Source: a virus (taxonomy: Duplodnaviria; Caudoviricetes). From it: 64,000 nt of DNA. The notes under the pieces were generated by a model. It searched no databases and was not told where the DNA came from. It saw nothing but the letters and a program-made list of their open reading frames with translations. The stretch is taken from positions 64,001 to 128,000 of the IMG/VR virus record IMGVR_UViG_3300035498_000530; one strand, 5' to 3'. Shown piece by piece: positions 50,801 through 56,112 of the stretch (positions within the stretch are counted from its first letter, which is position 1; every line of letters begins with the position of its first letter). The position numbers and the translations under genes are program-made.

Positions 50801-50999
50801 ATTTGATATTGCAGTAGCTACAAGTTCAGAAGATACAGATAAGATTTCTAAATTAAATCAGATTAAGAAGAAACTTAAAGAAATTCAAGGTAGAAGTGCG
50901 ACTACGAATCAAGGATCTTCAACTGGATTTGGAAATTCTTTAATGAATCAAGATATGGAATACTTAATGACTGCAATGAGCTCAATTGCTACAACTTAA
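29898..50999 (+). CDS. Giant tape-measure-like tail protein with C-terminal peptidoglycan hydrolase/peptidase domains (C39-like x2, phage tail lysozyme, Amidase_2, M23)
   Basis: Coiled-coil and 11-aa repeats, glycine zippers; DSGCG..HYV..QDP; GNWQHESG; VVHYTG..SSHY..SIETC..RHYD..KCCP; QGDPRW..SACGPTS..GHFV..NDP; HNGIDIA..HLHY; late-type promoter AACA-TATTAG-TA at 29806-29817. Confidence 0.9.
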   Translation: MALKNVSSYIKNLGKSVKYAAADEFEKRMPAASEFVQTNQELFQEIYKSASDLRKTATRITRSIQKSNVYAAADSGIKNVLEDIQTGKFYNKERDEDVAAKVLGLNADDYSSDEEFDWDSDDFGSEGSSSSSKSSGGAGVKVATGLSIMSDTTKAGSTMVSTTIAKTGMAIIDSNKASTNLLFQQNTRLLNNLHASIYSMSNVISENLGNMGQAFNTYADNSKIFYESMTKNTNEIKGMLGELLEMERNRYATEQEKEKKGKTSYSEIAGAEGTPDLKAYFGRVKANAKGMGGMFEMLNAFEGNALESLVSSPLKFIPEAVVKMAVPATVGFAMDQLDKTLSGVFGNMISKFNEMAADETSGFLAKNLGKLLGIKNTITELKPTRVDANAVPFDNVVREAIITEIPTYLRKILSYISGEEEMIFNRDSGSFVTGRQLQEELENVEKNAISSAFSDFNSELDNMLKKIRFESGESRDNFDKTRKKINKSQYRRGFVGNINNMDFEKAMDLFGLDYSDEEAFYIYKSLFKNVSKQNTMKLAGNIMSGRDKQNQRMQDLQNRGVYGALSNNSNVTQFTKVDKYGNNLSKGIKGLASGKDAGGVLGLDKYNNDIFYYLRSSTNELINLRNAVTMMINEGLVGGGSSKRKGGKKYTFTPASEDFNIQKQKTKDPTKLSKDLERKAKDKYTDETKDLKNNKDKRNKFVNNGGIFLGDNSDAENLEARIKAVLDYDLEKMAKENKKKAFKDYKDEYRNDNFIVKQIDEIILDREKKARKEDFNVEGTSRDANRDSVPKDKKDLLKMAGEIVKQPSKWVEDVLTATEGRIYNLFFGKQQKLDETGKPIEGLGERIAYEFRQVWNKVSETFQEKFIDPLREKLGLDEDESLFRGILRKLGLEDAVYGEEGIWTQTKEQLQAAGKWVMDQLEGTYKDIKKVIDPNADKKGVSEETQTATTDVESIKKEMGDIQEQYNTANETIINSIHDMAENNAERFQQLVDELYDGENGDLTKAKKAHSAAVTDISKYDSKTIEALKSKYAGTVKAGKNGNEIFDYKQMMGAYNSLLSTDQSDEANAVRQWYSNVMDTKKQVNIQKKNKENMKNLMDNYQAYQAYDEKANNRRKTLENIESSKGLRPEEAEELKRLQSQASKSKGYEAAISKLRSNTDISSKMAKESDALKNDDIKALLAELLKSRKKDGSYDENAMKKYQDSVEKNSKAQEEKLDKILENIDINKSGIKNQKKRYKSGAIDKETYDSSVEGLRKQIDDLTEQYNNMLSSSGVAAVKTKKDKKAEYDKKLKELQEAETKRKIEANIDRIQKMGGEDFERYVTSIRAIKGYASKVGIKYDDKDFENPDSAQRAIERIIKESTTKIGKKGITLNDHNKAKQVAEQAISSRNNIKQDTSGIQNILDVQGIFEKLGLKDSEEDDEKTAEKKKSNRSSLADHIFNNLGTNIAEIGEDTIFNLFKGFKKDDFFTGEGKKKKKQKVNGFDWDFVKDIQEKFKPAEPESHANGGVIGGKVLATLSKGERVQYGNSKSVVKDTGLYALKPGGVVHPNADKNQRNSNLKKENSLISAIKRYAFGGPIEDDSINNDKTDSLLEQQFELERAAKEEKEERKKFKSKVNPDDTLVGQTIDTARQGIDAVFNALFDPGDDKRLKEASADVFENIREYAPSGLAGGIIGGGIGLLVGGPLLAAAGGAAIGIAKRSDKVKNWLFGEIGDDGERSGGVISKDTQQTLKKYVPDISKYGVTGAIAGLLTPFGPVGGLMIGSAVAWAKNNDEIRNSLFGDTDGLLNKERREKIKKAFPNIALATLGFVIGGPFGGILPNAVLGAGLGLVSTTDQFKEAIFGKEDENGERQGGLLGVLKDNVIEPLKDFAANLKDDVTDFVIEHMIDPLKQAIQPIAKQAAVITKTVFSSMGRAIGWIYDKTLASPIGVFVKEKIIDPASNIVKKLFNAAIAPAKFVLSAPSKAIGFIGDKLRNRQINKGNADYMTASERLEYRDRKPRRNKGLFGKADKYEQVDQMLADADVEQLESIKKNIEYSQMGDKQLKKKQREFKKDIFNDVNEYFDDKHEFAIGTKQRSKLVRLIQKGDSAKAIKLLGTFKGKDGQKLDRSEIENLVGKFKESGKAMKNLKANRESWGQMRKEGKQNLKALGVKDFSGDYLDKLLSYTKTELKDRKENGGVEEATGKGTLTGKFFEDVTSKNTDRVIESINNLTEKMEYFTEHWEEGYVDSGNKLVDAKNRAALKRFDKMNIKAEDKLMGKLQKYEDTVTEVLKNTVGLSDKEIASLDRDALTNGTLIKFVKPFILDGTAARNKPMITYLFSKEGKKIHENKTNYARAKGMLKKDAYTSVGDLENALKLTDNQFNRFYGMMDKTNLYATDSNKKMNDAYEKKIGRALTKEDKRSKDYDEFTNRFRSEQTYTDLAGKIAMNRDYNGAADDSWKKFGKDVPTVPRMFEHADRAVEAAVVKPVKGIGKALGGISNALFGKKSEDRGSIVSGDPKFFKRLQEAGIIKDYNDHNVHELLNFKKNKKKWLKKADAVIGGKMSLEDALKGAIERKAEGGIIGDETYGVFSPEDKPYATKQNIQAFQDGILSQIAKFDDIKKYAEGGTVEGIIEGASSDEKKSDKEKTGILNDLLSKVKGFNIGGKKKSSEEEKEKKPKAKSYVQTVFDSMGRAKNYFIKKPAADDKAPDVDLMKDSATNETLKEEEAEQNESRGLFSRLGDRLSGIGDWLKAAILPEDAEDKYAGLKSFLLKAFLGATALGALPHLYNLYKDKVVPAVQGLYQNVMVPFYEDKIKPFWNEHVTPWFKEKVDTVIDKLHNIWEGIKAVPRTILDFFSNGFLPWFTGNNGNSEYVMVGDKLKLMTFPYIIRKKIIPYYVGGFSFLIKNVIPAVWSVAKQVLPDMLNAAFQGFRNLMAIDLTDVFSTKSAKKHSTMDKENNTENQGKADDNDKLFYFGNFSKEYESDFGSSSDKTKVLEKNKKGSTLSSSSLFDDIHASVDVNNSGGGSTSYDSSSSSYDSGGTGSGEGEGDTDFVPEGMTKEEYEAEIAENAKFKKDTHKTLGGTILYGLFRNFMTGGLYGAGASKVLKPVSNLLGKIPGVGTFVSGGVNKSLDAFDAVGNAGKKTQDKIKEWITGKAEKNVEKEAAEGASKESAEQAAKEAAEKAAKEAEEKAAKESAEKASKEAAEKAAKEYAEKTAKEAAGKTAKEEAESAAKKASTKAAKEAAEKAAEAKALAGAGKEAAEKASENALNESIESTAKLASERVKTAYSRMDTWTYEYFSKNGYGFSDYILANGLADSDERNKMFANLYSSSEDFRNALEKSYGDDEIFKNYIGDLKNSVSKNSDKAVNKVSSEVIDDAAKKAYDDVISQSKSLLSDTFKNSVSGDAETAFGDYVLSNGLGSTPESRASFFNLYNNSEDFRKTLEKTYGDSKSYKDFIAPYETHRVKLQNQLDEVAKQREIINATKEKAQKEVEYQRMREAAEAAKKKAEGAEKSVWGVYKESAEGAAKETAETAAKETAETTAKETAEAAAKEAAEDIGKNKGLLGAVSDKVKGSFGQIGKDIKGSFTQTFEDIKGIGTKTKGAAESVLGFGKETAGAIGEAGSEFGRSIKGAASDVAGDVTRIGQSVKEFGTGAKNTVEAFGKAVKGNNAVGEATYAARQKLREIDPNLLKSLNGDELKDAITLMNQRDVEKLTELVESKGLSVSKDNLSNIMTKGNTIDKLWTSKRFDKNASKLNNIITNMEEGQSSDLMSSIYGAFKDDKEGLSKILKDSGLDDKSAGIILNAQESKVTKKLGQGFGTQSAKGDLLESVMTNLRDDPDTLKEILGNSGLDDKQINKILDTRSITQKAKDAVTGGIETIGNKAKSGAEFVGNKVKGGAEWVGNKAKSGAEFVGNKVKGGAEWVGNKAKSGAEFVGNKVKGGAEWVGNKAKDGLSIVKDQLETIGTNIKSALEPVSKTVKEAFEKVSTNVKNITETVSKTAKDAFEKLGKNVKNITETVSKATKETLEKASKSIKSGAEIAGNFIKEKAGNIKAGAEAIGSKVKSGAEAAGKAIKEGAEKAKAGVNAVKEKAGKIAEDVANSDAVKAMKNAAENVQDLAAGTKDMISGISEDMKSVAKDSKSVVEEATKSTNIVEGASDVINTTTKNIDDVTKVAAENASEIASAATSEVDDVIKNAAENAPETAANAAKNNADDVVKNATKEADDVAKAAKGKTDDIIKGATEGADDVVKAAKGQTDDIVKTAAENADDIAKAAKGQTDNILKGAESTITSGAESALDVAKSQMDNAAEAIAGSSATDVLKDAASAAEAAASNSKSLLDDVAKGAVDIVENANIGTEVANVAKEALESGSKETVEAAAKEAVEHGTEELIETGSGGVIKKFMTFIKDGFAKLAKNPKVAKALGKEGAEGMEKFAEAAAKEAAEQGSKQLTKEAEKKLSVKMATWLASGGLINLGFAVVDFLNGYNDAAAILGIDKPDVVSKVLAGTYNAAKNFFMLTALIPDSVVFTLLQDYLCPAFGIDTTEWQNAQDSAEQDWLNYNHKMGFSHTETNENGEEEEVIDNEEGYLSKEDYLRKKNDNAWNKGKRALSETVGKVTSKVADTYKNNAKGAAIGAGVGAIAGGAIGAALGGPLGAAIGGAAGAALGSLGGAFISDFCKKNEGVPYYPVNGNGSYYLVTNGKVEQYSSTGEKIEGLPEVTPEELLQMETNGEVTAGATIVKESKAASLSTKFAEFTEKHKALWTAASVAIGIANPALGAAMLAAPKVIKAFKSKSGYPYYLSDGTYFVQDGETVRYFSSAGEEIEGFNFRKEIMDNGWIENADSTQLGKMSDGELLGILIKSGAVKQGDKVIKFEKSTVGKAFDKVAEAGKKYWNKLMEFEDKHPLLAAAINTLNPTVGILRAVTAFKAKKGYPYYISELQDGEYFVLDGDKVRYFSATGEEVEDFNFREWALENYEDASSDGNLKKKLSSMTEEEILMSMANTGQLTRGDKKVTIEKSRVAKSWDKIKDTIKKAWDVANKTAEMTDEEFNKYIKDKGLGGQIAAVGLRCFGKIKNGLKNFFTSDKEDGFINVQDGTGYIIKDDGTVEVYSKSGEKMGDVTLTEDEIYDMRTSGLVTVGKVTTRESGLGKLWGKVTEKVGELWNDAKDYVSKTYEEYGVIGGTMKIYKDARKKFFQGAFGIDETLKAGECFVAMDGTFYAEDDTPGNWSHYDLNGRKVGVKTYTQEEINGMISQGLLTKSTEKKTIKKDSNFMAVAKKLTLKLADAWDAGKEHLSAMLKDTELGYFLQEAKKGITGWFGTHTVDGAYVAPDGSYYVELESGVVEYYNIQGNKLKNLTKEEFSSMKGLLQYMTPEEAKEAGFTSAMTQDAAGASMWGELGTRIRGTFEKGFKKAYEFFDNLGEGISDWAINLSESLSIAGDSAWVTTYGDYYMKGSSGEWIRYNVTGSVIEKGVDAGVVEKMIERGALTEKKDVHPIKDAIGGFWDDLTTNVADWMEGIATAAKEAWKTAVDGITAWFKNTFQSKSDRINESVVAANLKGTYIDATGVLYKPGSNGNFTMYNAVGANIGTCTANDMADKLTSGQLTEAKSTDTVESRKKTAQDNATKAATDTAGSFNSTATETSTGTGNIFSKMKTKFKSLFGSGKGDSTYNITYQYGTGNPRIRYGKAKYGMGASARVAGEAPDDVAGEIGNVEVVAAAMFNSMKKTDQKAAIKASKISSYGDREYGMGKRPRYGTAKPGQDKMMNYSGVSYNAPGDTIRQTIGDSGCGVVAGVNAVNSIAGSNQANVKDAANMSIKNGFKEKDGGTKPAFFKKLFKDNGISSSMSENKNTIESNLKSGKPTVLMGINKNSGLRTPYGSENPHYVLATGIDKSGKMIVQDPQESSSNQKFNTKDVLSKTQFGISTNNSVFGTGDNGYEFTPKKESDSIIDYGTGEDTVGFVNPMINVDDPKSGTTPYGEIQRKSGMGGGEIGDTETNAKKIYKVLSELGVPDINIAGCLGNWQHESGIDPTGVEGVYTEKFQMGPKKTAAMADHANYTQKLFGMYKFSVNRKAYIGDDGQYWPGIGLGGFTGPAATKLMNDAKSNGLDWYTMDEQIKYATNPSVGYRPGFFQKWTTPAASTAAAAKYFLNKWEGCSVIALDKRQANAANWYNKMKDSSWVSAAKAMVIGGNNSSSSSSSSSSGSGGIVSVDIKEDLLPKSSLHRPGDSITPTMVVVHYTGTPGGTAANIRSYFAKVDKSVSSHYVVGLDGEILRLIPENEISYASNDENNTSISIETCHPDETGKFNDVTESKLIDLCANICGRHNFNPESAIIRHYDCHKNGTPYQKCCPRWWSPNGPNKNADADFAAFKAKVKAKMDEAAASGSSSSSSTTETKSTPTTIYDKAFAPFTELASKITTESGNVATSLGKAFGEDVFGSDLLAELGISGSSTKTETTTESTTTDSTSTSGSAAGKIPDGTADALQDWAFYRQGDPRWKAKPYSGGTYSSSACGPTSFAMITTGLLGNRYYPTEFPPKYGTTVGTTDHSGFARAGKDYGIEQTATWGSNGPNSVLTDTGLKQYKSEIDAGHPVIFSGTKWSSGDRGTGSSPFTSAGHFVVSQGYISDSSGNIKGIIINDPANKSGVYENLAAMKQDTKKAFAFTLSDKSKAPTPSSGDSPFPSCQTVKGAWATGTASTSTDSSNSGTTSTKKASEWFTSLEGFNNVSSGYGPRNIGNGNEFHNGIDIAAAKNAKIRTPIGGTIELYRTEAQSNGYGNEAVLKDAKGMYHWFCHMTSSAVKQGDTVKANDIIGYVGSTGQSTGNHLHYTISSQPKGNHSTGGDIDPDTYSYTSAASGTGKKNNIVTAGMGVKKAIYGLGKLTPEQALNIDTTATEPSGSDSITPYSSLSSQDKKVVNEYDKMPGHKNYNASSFNHINSSPTAVGGSTYDGIDYTGLLNMVISLLQQITNNTSQLSNLTTIIDLLSQQFDIAVATSSEDTDKISKLNQIKKKLKEIQGRSATTNQGSSTGFGNSLMNQDMEYLMTAMSSIATT
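41491..41706 (+). repeat. Perfect 66-bp tandem repeat (about 3.3 copies) in the tape-measure gene
   Basis: Encodes (GNKAKSGAEFVGNKVKGGAEWV)x3. Confidence 0.95.
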
Positions 51000-51067
51000 T
51001 ATAAATGTGTTGGGAAGGTACATGAGTACCTTCCCAACTATATATTAAATAAAAGGAGGTGCTTCGC

Positions 51068-53887
51068 ATGGCAGAAGTCAAAATTCCTGATAGTAAATTA
51101 ATGAAGAATACCAGAACGTATGTTACAACAGGTAGCGATGATATTTATATATACTATGATGGAGATGGATCACAAAAGACAGGACGATATATAAGTGCTG
51201 GTCAGACTATCATGGTATATACTGATACAGAAACTTCTAATGGTTATGTATTTTTAACTACAAAATTAGGATGGGTTAGTTTAATAGATGGAAATCTTAT
51301 GGGTAAAGATATTATAGATAGTCATATAGAGACTGTCAATTATACCCTTAAGGTAACAAGAGATGAAGTACAAGTACACAGTTCTCCGGGCGAAGGATAT
51401 TCTGTAACTCGTACACTTAATACTGGAGATAATTTTAAATGTACACAGAAATATGTAAATCCAGATAGTGGAGCAACATGGTATAGAATAGAAGATAGTG
51501 AAGAATGGGTATACTCATTATATCTTACTAAAACTAATACTATAGATCTTAAATCAGATTCTCTCGGAGTATCAAAACCGGCTACAATTGAATCTGGTGT
51601 AAAAAAGTTTGATAGTACAATGCTTGTACTTTGTGGATATACTCAAAACTTGAGAACATATCCTAGTATGGAATCTGGTACAGCATTAAAAGGATCAGTA
51701 ACCAATGGTCAACAATATATAGTATCTTATTTATGCGATAGTTCAGATGGTACATGGTATTATCTTGCTGATGGTAGTGGTTGGTTTTGTGCAACTTATG
51801 GAGAAAATGAAATAAGTACAATTATCACTGCTTGTAATGAAGAAGGCAAGATAGATAATATGTACTTAGTAACTGCCGATACATTGAACTTTAGATCAGA
51901 TCATGATGGATCTAAAGAAGATAATATCCTCGGTAAGTTCTATAAAGGTGATAAAATCACTATATTAGATACATATACTAAAAAATATGGTGACGAAGTA
52001 ATAGAAGAATGGGTAAAAACAACCGGAAAGAATAATAAAGGAGAAACAGTTACAGGTTGGGTATGTATAAATTATAAAGGTACGTCTAATGTATCTAATG
52101 ATGCTATGGCTTTGAATACTCCTAGTGACCTGTATGTAGCTAATGAACAGATTACTACATATGCAGAACCAGGTGGCACTGTAGTTGGTACTATTCTTAA
52201 AGGCGACGATTTGACTCTTACTGGCGAAAGTAAGGTTATTAAAGTTAAAGATGAAAAAGGTAAAGAAACAGAAGTTACGTATTTAAAAACTGCATCTGGT
52301 ACATGGATTGTTGCTAATAAAGATGCATATACACAATATACTCAAGAAACATATATTGCTAAATTACAAGCAATGCAAAATAGAGCAGATGCAGAAGCAT
52401 TAGTAGCATTAAATGAAGATATAGTTGATTTTACTGATTTTGAAACCAGTATGGGTAAACTTAGGGTTAAAGATACATATGCTGTATTAGGATCACCATA
52501 TCAGTTTAATAGATTAGCAGATTATAGAATAGATGAAGATAACTATAAGTTTGGTAGGGTATATGCTGATAAAATTGTAACCAAATTTCCTATGCTTATA
52601 CTTATGCCTGGTATCCCTACATTCATGGGTGATGCGTCTACAGAAGAACAGAAGAAAGGTCTTCTTGAGACTATTAAATCTGCTTATACTGTAGAGAAAA
52701 TGACAGATGATTTTTTAGGAAAGGAAACAAGATTCTACACATTATCTCAAGCATTTGATGACTACTTTAATTATGTAAATCCATTGTGTAGGGCTGGAGC
52801 TTTCTTCTTAGGTATAGAAGATACAAAGATATCTTTCGGTAAAGAGAACTCTCCATTGAAATCTTTCAACTGGCAAAATATATACACAGAGGGCGTATTC
52901 CAAGAAGTATTTAGTGGTATGGCCAACTGTGTATCATTCTTTGTAAGTTCTGAAGTTACTGTATCAGACTCATGGTCTAACTCAACAGCAGAACCATCAT
53001 TTGCATCTAATATGGATAGTATATCAGAACAGGCTAGAGAAATAAACTATCTTATTGGTAACGTAAATGCATCAGCCGGTGGTACATTTGACGATGTGCT
53101 TAAAGAATTTGGTTTGTCTGAAGAAGTAAACATATCAAATCTTGAAGAAAATATTAATAGTATTATCAATGGATCTTTCTTAAAGAATACATCTGTTGGT
53201 GGTATATTAAAGACAGCATCTAAACAAGCATCTGGTCTTATTCAGGGTGCTAAAATGATATTCCCAGAACTTTGGTCAGATTCTAGTTATGGTTCAGAAC
53301 ACTCTGTAACTATGAAGTTTATGACACCAGATGGAGATAAACTTAGTTGGTTTATGAATTGCTGGGTTCCAATGTGCTTCTTAATAGCACTTGTTGCTCC
53401 TAGAACACTTACTTCAATGCATATGTATCATTCTCCATTTATAGTAAATGCTAATTATAAGAGCCAGTTTAGCTGTCCTATGGGAATTATAACATCATTG
53501 ACATTCTCCAAAGGACAAGAAGGTGCATGGACTATAGATGGCCTTCCTACGGTTGTAGAAGTAAGTTTATCTATAAAAGAATTATATACATCATTTGCTA
53601 TTACATCAGCTATGGCCGATTCTAAAGATCTTGGTATTACTAAGACTACTCTTGGTGGTTTGGTTACAAATGCATTTATGAATAATAACTTGCTTATGGA
53701 TTATATAGCAAATTCCTGCGGTATCAATATTAATGAACCTGACTTGGAAAGAGATTTTAAGATGTGGAAATCTTTCCAGATAACAAATAAAATTGAAGAT
53801 ACTATAGATAATGTATTCGGACGATTAAGATCATTCTTTACAGCAAAGGCTGTAAATATCTTGAATGGTATATTCAAGAAAGTGTAA
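51068..53887 (+). CDS. Baseplate/tail-tube-initiator-like protein with N-terminal SH3b-like repeats
   Basis: LKVTRDEVQVHSSPG and VTADTLNFRS SH3-like units; C-terminal GIITSLTFSKG..WTIDGLPTVVEVSLSIKEL; SD AAGGAGGT favours ATG 51068. Confidence 0.7.
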   Translation: MAEVKIPDSKLMKNTRTYVTTGSDDIYIYYDGDGSQKTGRYISAGQTIMVYTDTETSNGYVFLTTKLGWVSLIDGNLMGKDIIDSHIETVNYTLKVTRDEVQVHSSPGEGYSVTRTLNTGDNFKCTQKYVNPDSGATWYRIEDSEEWVYSLYLTKTNTIDLKSDSLGVSKPATIESGVKKFDSTMLVLCGYTQNLRTYPSMESGTALKGSVTNGQQYIVSYLCDSSDGTWYYLADGSGWFCATYGENEISTIITACNEEGKIDNMYLVTADTLNFRSDHDGSKEDNILGKFYKGDKITILDTYTKKYGDEVIEEWVKTTGKNNKGETVTGWVCINYKGTSNVSNDAMALNTPSDLYVANEQITTYAEPGGTVVGTILKGDDLTLTGESKVIKVKDEKGKETEVTYLKTASGTWIVANKDAYTQYTQETYIAKLQAMQNRADAEALVALNEDIVDFTDFETSMGKLRVKDTYAVLGSPYQFNRLADYRIDEDNYKFGRVYADKIVTKFPMLILMPGIPTFMGDASTEEQKKGLLETIKSAYTVEKMTDDFLGKETRFYTLSQAFDDYFNYVNPLCRAGAFFLGIEDTKISFGKENSPLKSFNWQNIYTEGVFQEVFSGMANCVSFFVSSEVTVSDSWSNSTAEPSFASNMDSISEQAREINYLIGNVNASAGGTFDDVLKEFGLSEEVNISNLEENINSIINGSFLKNTSVGGILKTASKQASGLIQGAKMIFPELWSDSSYGSEHSVTMKFMTPDGDKLSWFMNCWVPMCFLIALVAPRTLTSMHMYHSPFIVNANYKSQFSCPMGIITSLTFSKGQEGAWTIDGLPTVVEVSLSIKELYTSFAITSAMADSKDLGITKTTLGGLVTNAFMNNNLLMDYIANSCGININEPDLERDFKMWKSFQITNKIEDTIDNVFGRLRSFFTAKAVNILNGIFKKV

Positions 53888-53960
53888 TAGATTATATAAA
53901 AAATAACTAAAGATTAAAGGTATTAACGCCTTTAATCTTTATTTTTTAGGAGATATTATA

Positions 53961-54689
53961 ATGCATAAATCAAGACAAACTAAAGCTATCGAATATGAAG
54001 AAAAATATGCTAGAGTTCCTAAAGATTTTAGAGAACGATTAGACTGGATGTATGATAAGTATAAAGTTACTGATAAAAAGGCTTTAGAAATTCTGAATAC
54101 CAGAGATTCAATGATACGAGATATGTATTATGAGACTATTAAAGTAATATTATACGAAGATCCAGAAGGAAGTCCAAGACCTAGATTCAGATTGGTTAAT
54201 AGATACAACCTTAGTGATGTTGCAAAGTCTAATTCAAGTTTTGTTCATGTTTATTCTATAACAGGAAAAGAAGATAATGCATACATGAAAAGATTGGTTT
54301 CATCTAAAGACTTTGAGCATCTTGATGGTTTAATATGTACTCCATGTGATGTAGAATATAGGGTATACTTTAAGACTCCTTCATCATTTAATATAACACA
54401 AAAATTCTTATGTGAAATGGGATTAATAAGACACATTGTTAAACCAGACTGGGATAACATAGGCAAGAAATATTCAGACATGTACAATGGTAATGTATGG
54501 ATCGATGATACATTAACTGTAGATGGAACTGTAAGAAAGTTTTATTCTGAATTACCAAGAGTGGAGATAAATTTAATGTATATGAATATGGTATACACTA
54601 AGCAACAGTACAAATCTATAATCAACAGAGTTGATTATAGTGAAGATTTTAATTTAAATTACTTTGGGAGTGAGGATAAATATGTTTAA
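53961..54689 (+). CDS. rusA: RusA-family Holliday junction resolvase
   Basis: PEGSPRPRF, KPDWDNIGK..SD....WIDD. Confidence 0.8.
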   Translation: MHKSRQTKAIEYEEKYARVPKDFRERLDWMYDKYKVTDKKALEILNTRDSMIRDMYYETIKVILYEDPEGSPRPRFRLVNRYNLSDVAKSNSSFVHVYSITGKEDNAYMKRLVSSKDFEHLDGLICTPCDVEYRVYFKTPSSFNITQKFLCEMGLIRHIVKPDWDNIGKKYSDMYNGNVWIDDTLTVDGTVRKFYSELPRVEINLMYMNMVYTKQQYKSIINRVDYSEDFNLNYFGSEDKYV

Positions 54690-55062
54690 TATGAGTAATA
54701 TTGGTAAGATCCGAGCTGGTCTTATAGAAGAATTTTATACTAGAGAGATAGTACAAGAAATACAAGCCTGTTTGGAAGATTCAAATGCTATGGTAATATA
54801 TAATGGTTTTTCATTTAATATTGAAACAACTGTTGAGAATGCTAAGAATGTTATTACGGCATTCGAATCTAAATTGCAGGAACTATTAAAGAATGCAAAT
54901 AGAAATGAAATTATAAACTTTATTATTGATGAAGAATCAGATCGAAATTTGTATTATCAGATTTTTGATTATGTTATAGATAATCCATCATTAATATATT
55001 GTAAGACTTTGATTCCTGCTATGGAATCTACTAATAATATTATAATATACATCAGTTTATAA
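54682..55062 (+). CDS. Hypothetical protein
   Basis: ATG at 54682 after GAGGA SD, overlapping the end of rusA. Confidence 0.7.
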   Translation: MFNMSNIGKIRAGLIEEFYTREIVQEIQACLEDSNAMVIYNGFSFNIETTVENAKNVITAFESKLQELLKNANRNEIINFIIDEESDRNLYYQIFDYVIDNPSLIYCKTLIPAMESTNNIIIYISL

Positions 55063-55067
55063 AAACA

Positions 55068-55096
55068 ACCCCGATTAGGATATTTCCTAATCGGGT
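55068..55096. terminator. Bidirectional terminator between convergent genes
   Basis: ACCCGATTAGGA-TATT-TCCTAATCGGGT. Confidence 0.85.
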
Positions 55097-55109
55097 ATCT
55101 TTTTGTTTC

Positions 55110-56075
55110 TTAGAGTTCTTCTACAAGATCTCTTATATAGTTTTCATTTACTCTTATCATTTTAGAAGTATTAGCAAGCTCAAGAAGAGTATATGTAAGT
55201 TCACAACTTTCGAGAACCTGATCCATATTGATTCTATTGTTCTCCATATATTCTTTATGCATACTTTCATTCTTAATAGCCTGTTCTGCAGTACTGTAAA
55301 CCATATGCTCAAACAATGTAGTTGGTTTTGAGTTCTTGATCTTATTAATCTTTTCTCTACATACCGCTTTATAACTCTCTTCGAGTTCTTCTTTCTCTTC
55401 ATCTGTGTAATCATCTTCAGAATCAATTTTATCAATCTTATCCTGAGTATCAGCAAGAACATTCTGAATATCCAACTTATACTCAGTATTCTTATTAATA
55501 AACTGAGCAATAGAATCAGATACTCTATTTCTAACTGCAATAATTACATCTTCATTATCAACCTTAGCAAGATCTTCAAAGAAGTCAGATGATGTATCTG
55601 GATCAATATAGTATTCTGTATCATCCTCAGCATCTTCTGTTTCTTCTACAATTCTCTTATAATATTTATTGATAATATTAGCATATTCTGAAAGCATAAG
55701 AGATGCAGTTTTAAATCTTTCAAGAAGTTTATCTGCACCATTCTCATCTACAAAATTTGTTACAAGATGATCTTTTACTACATTATAAGATTCATCACAG
55801 CATTTTTTGCTACAGCTCTTATTAAGAAGATCCTTTATAGCTGTAGTAAGAAGCATTGGTTTAATACCAGCAACAAAGTTACTATGCTTCATTTTCTTTA
55901 CTTCATCATCTATAGATATATTAACTAATCCATCATTATAAGGATTACCATCTTTATCTATTCTTGCATCCTGATTAGGTTCAGAAGATTCATTAATCAA
56001 ACCTTTAACAAATTCCTTTGTAGGCATTGATCTATAACTATATTCAAACTCTTCTTCGTTTGATTTTCTTTTCAT
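55110..56075 (-). CDS. Acidic late protein, probably virion structural
   Basis: Late-type promoter AACA-ATATAG-TA; LINES/IVEE/LEES/VLES motifs. Confidence 0.7.
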   Translation of the reverse strand: MKRKSNEEEFEYSYRSMPTKEFVKGLINESSEPNQDARIDKDGNPYNDGLVNISIDDEVKKMKHSNFVAGIKPMLLTTAIKDLLNKSCSKKCCDESYNVVKDHLVTNFVDENGADKLLERFKTASLMLSEYANIINKYYKRIVEETEDAEDDTEYYIDPDTSSDFFEDLAKVDNEDVIIAVRNRVSDSIAQFINKNTEYKLDIQNVLADTQDKIDKIDSEDDYTDEEKEELEESYKAVCREKINKIKNSKPTTLFEHMVYSTAEQAIKNESMHKEYMENNRINMDQVLESCELTYTLLELANTSKMIRVNENYIRDLVEEL

Positions 56076-56112
56076 AGATATTTATCCTCCTTTTTAATAT
56101 ATTACTATATTG

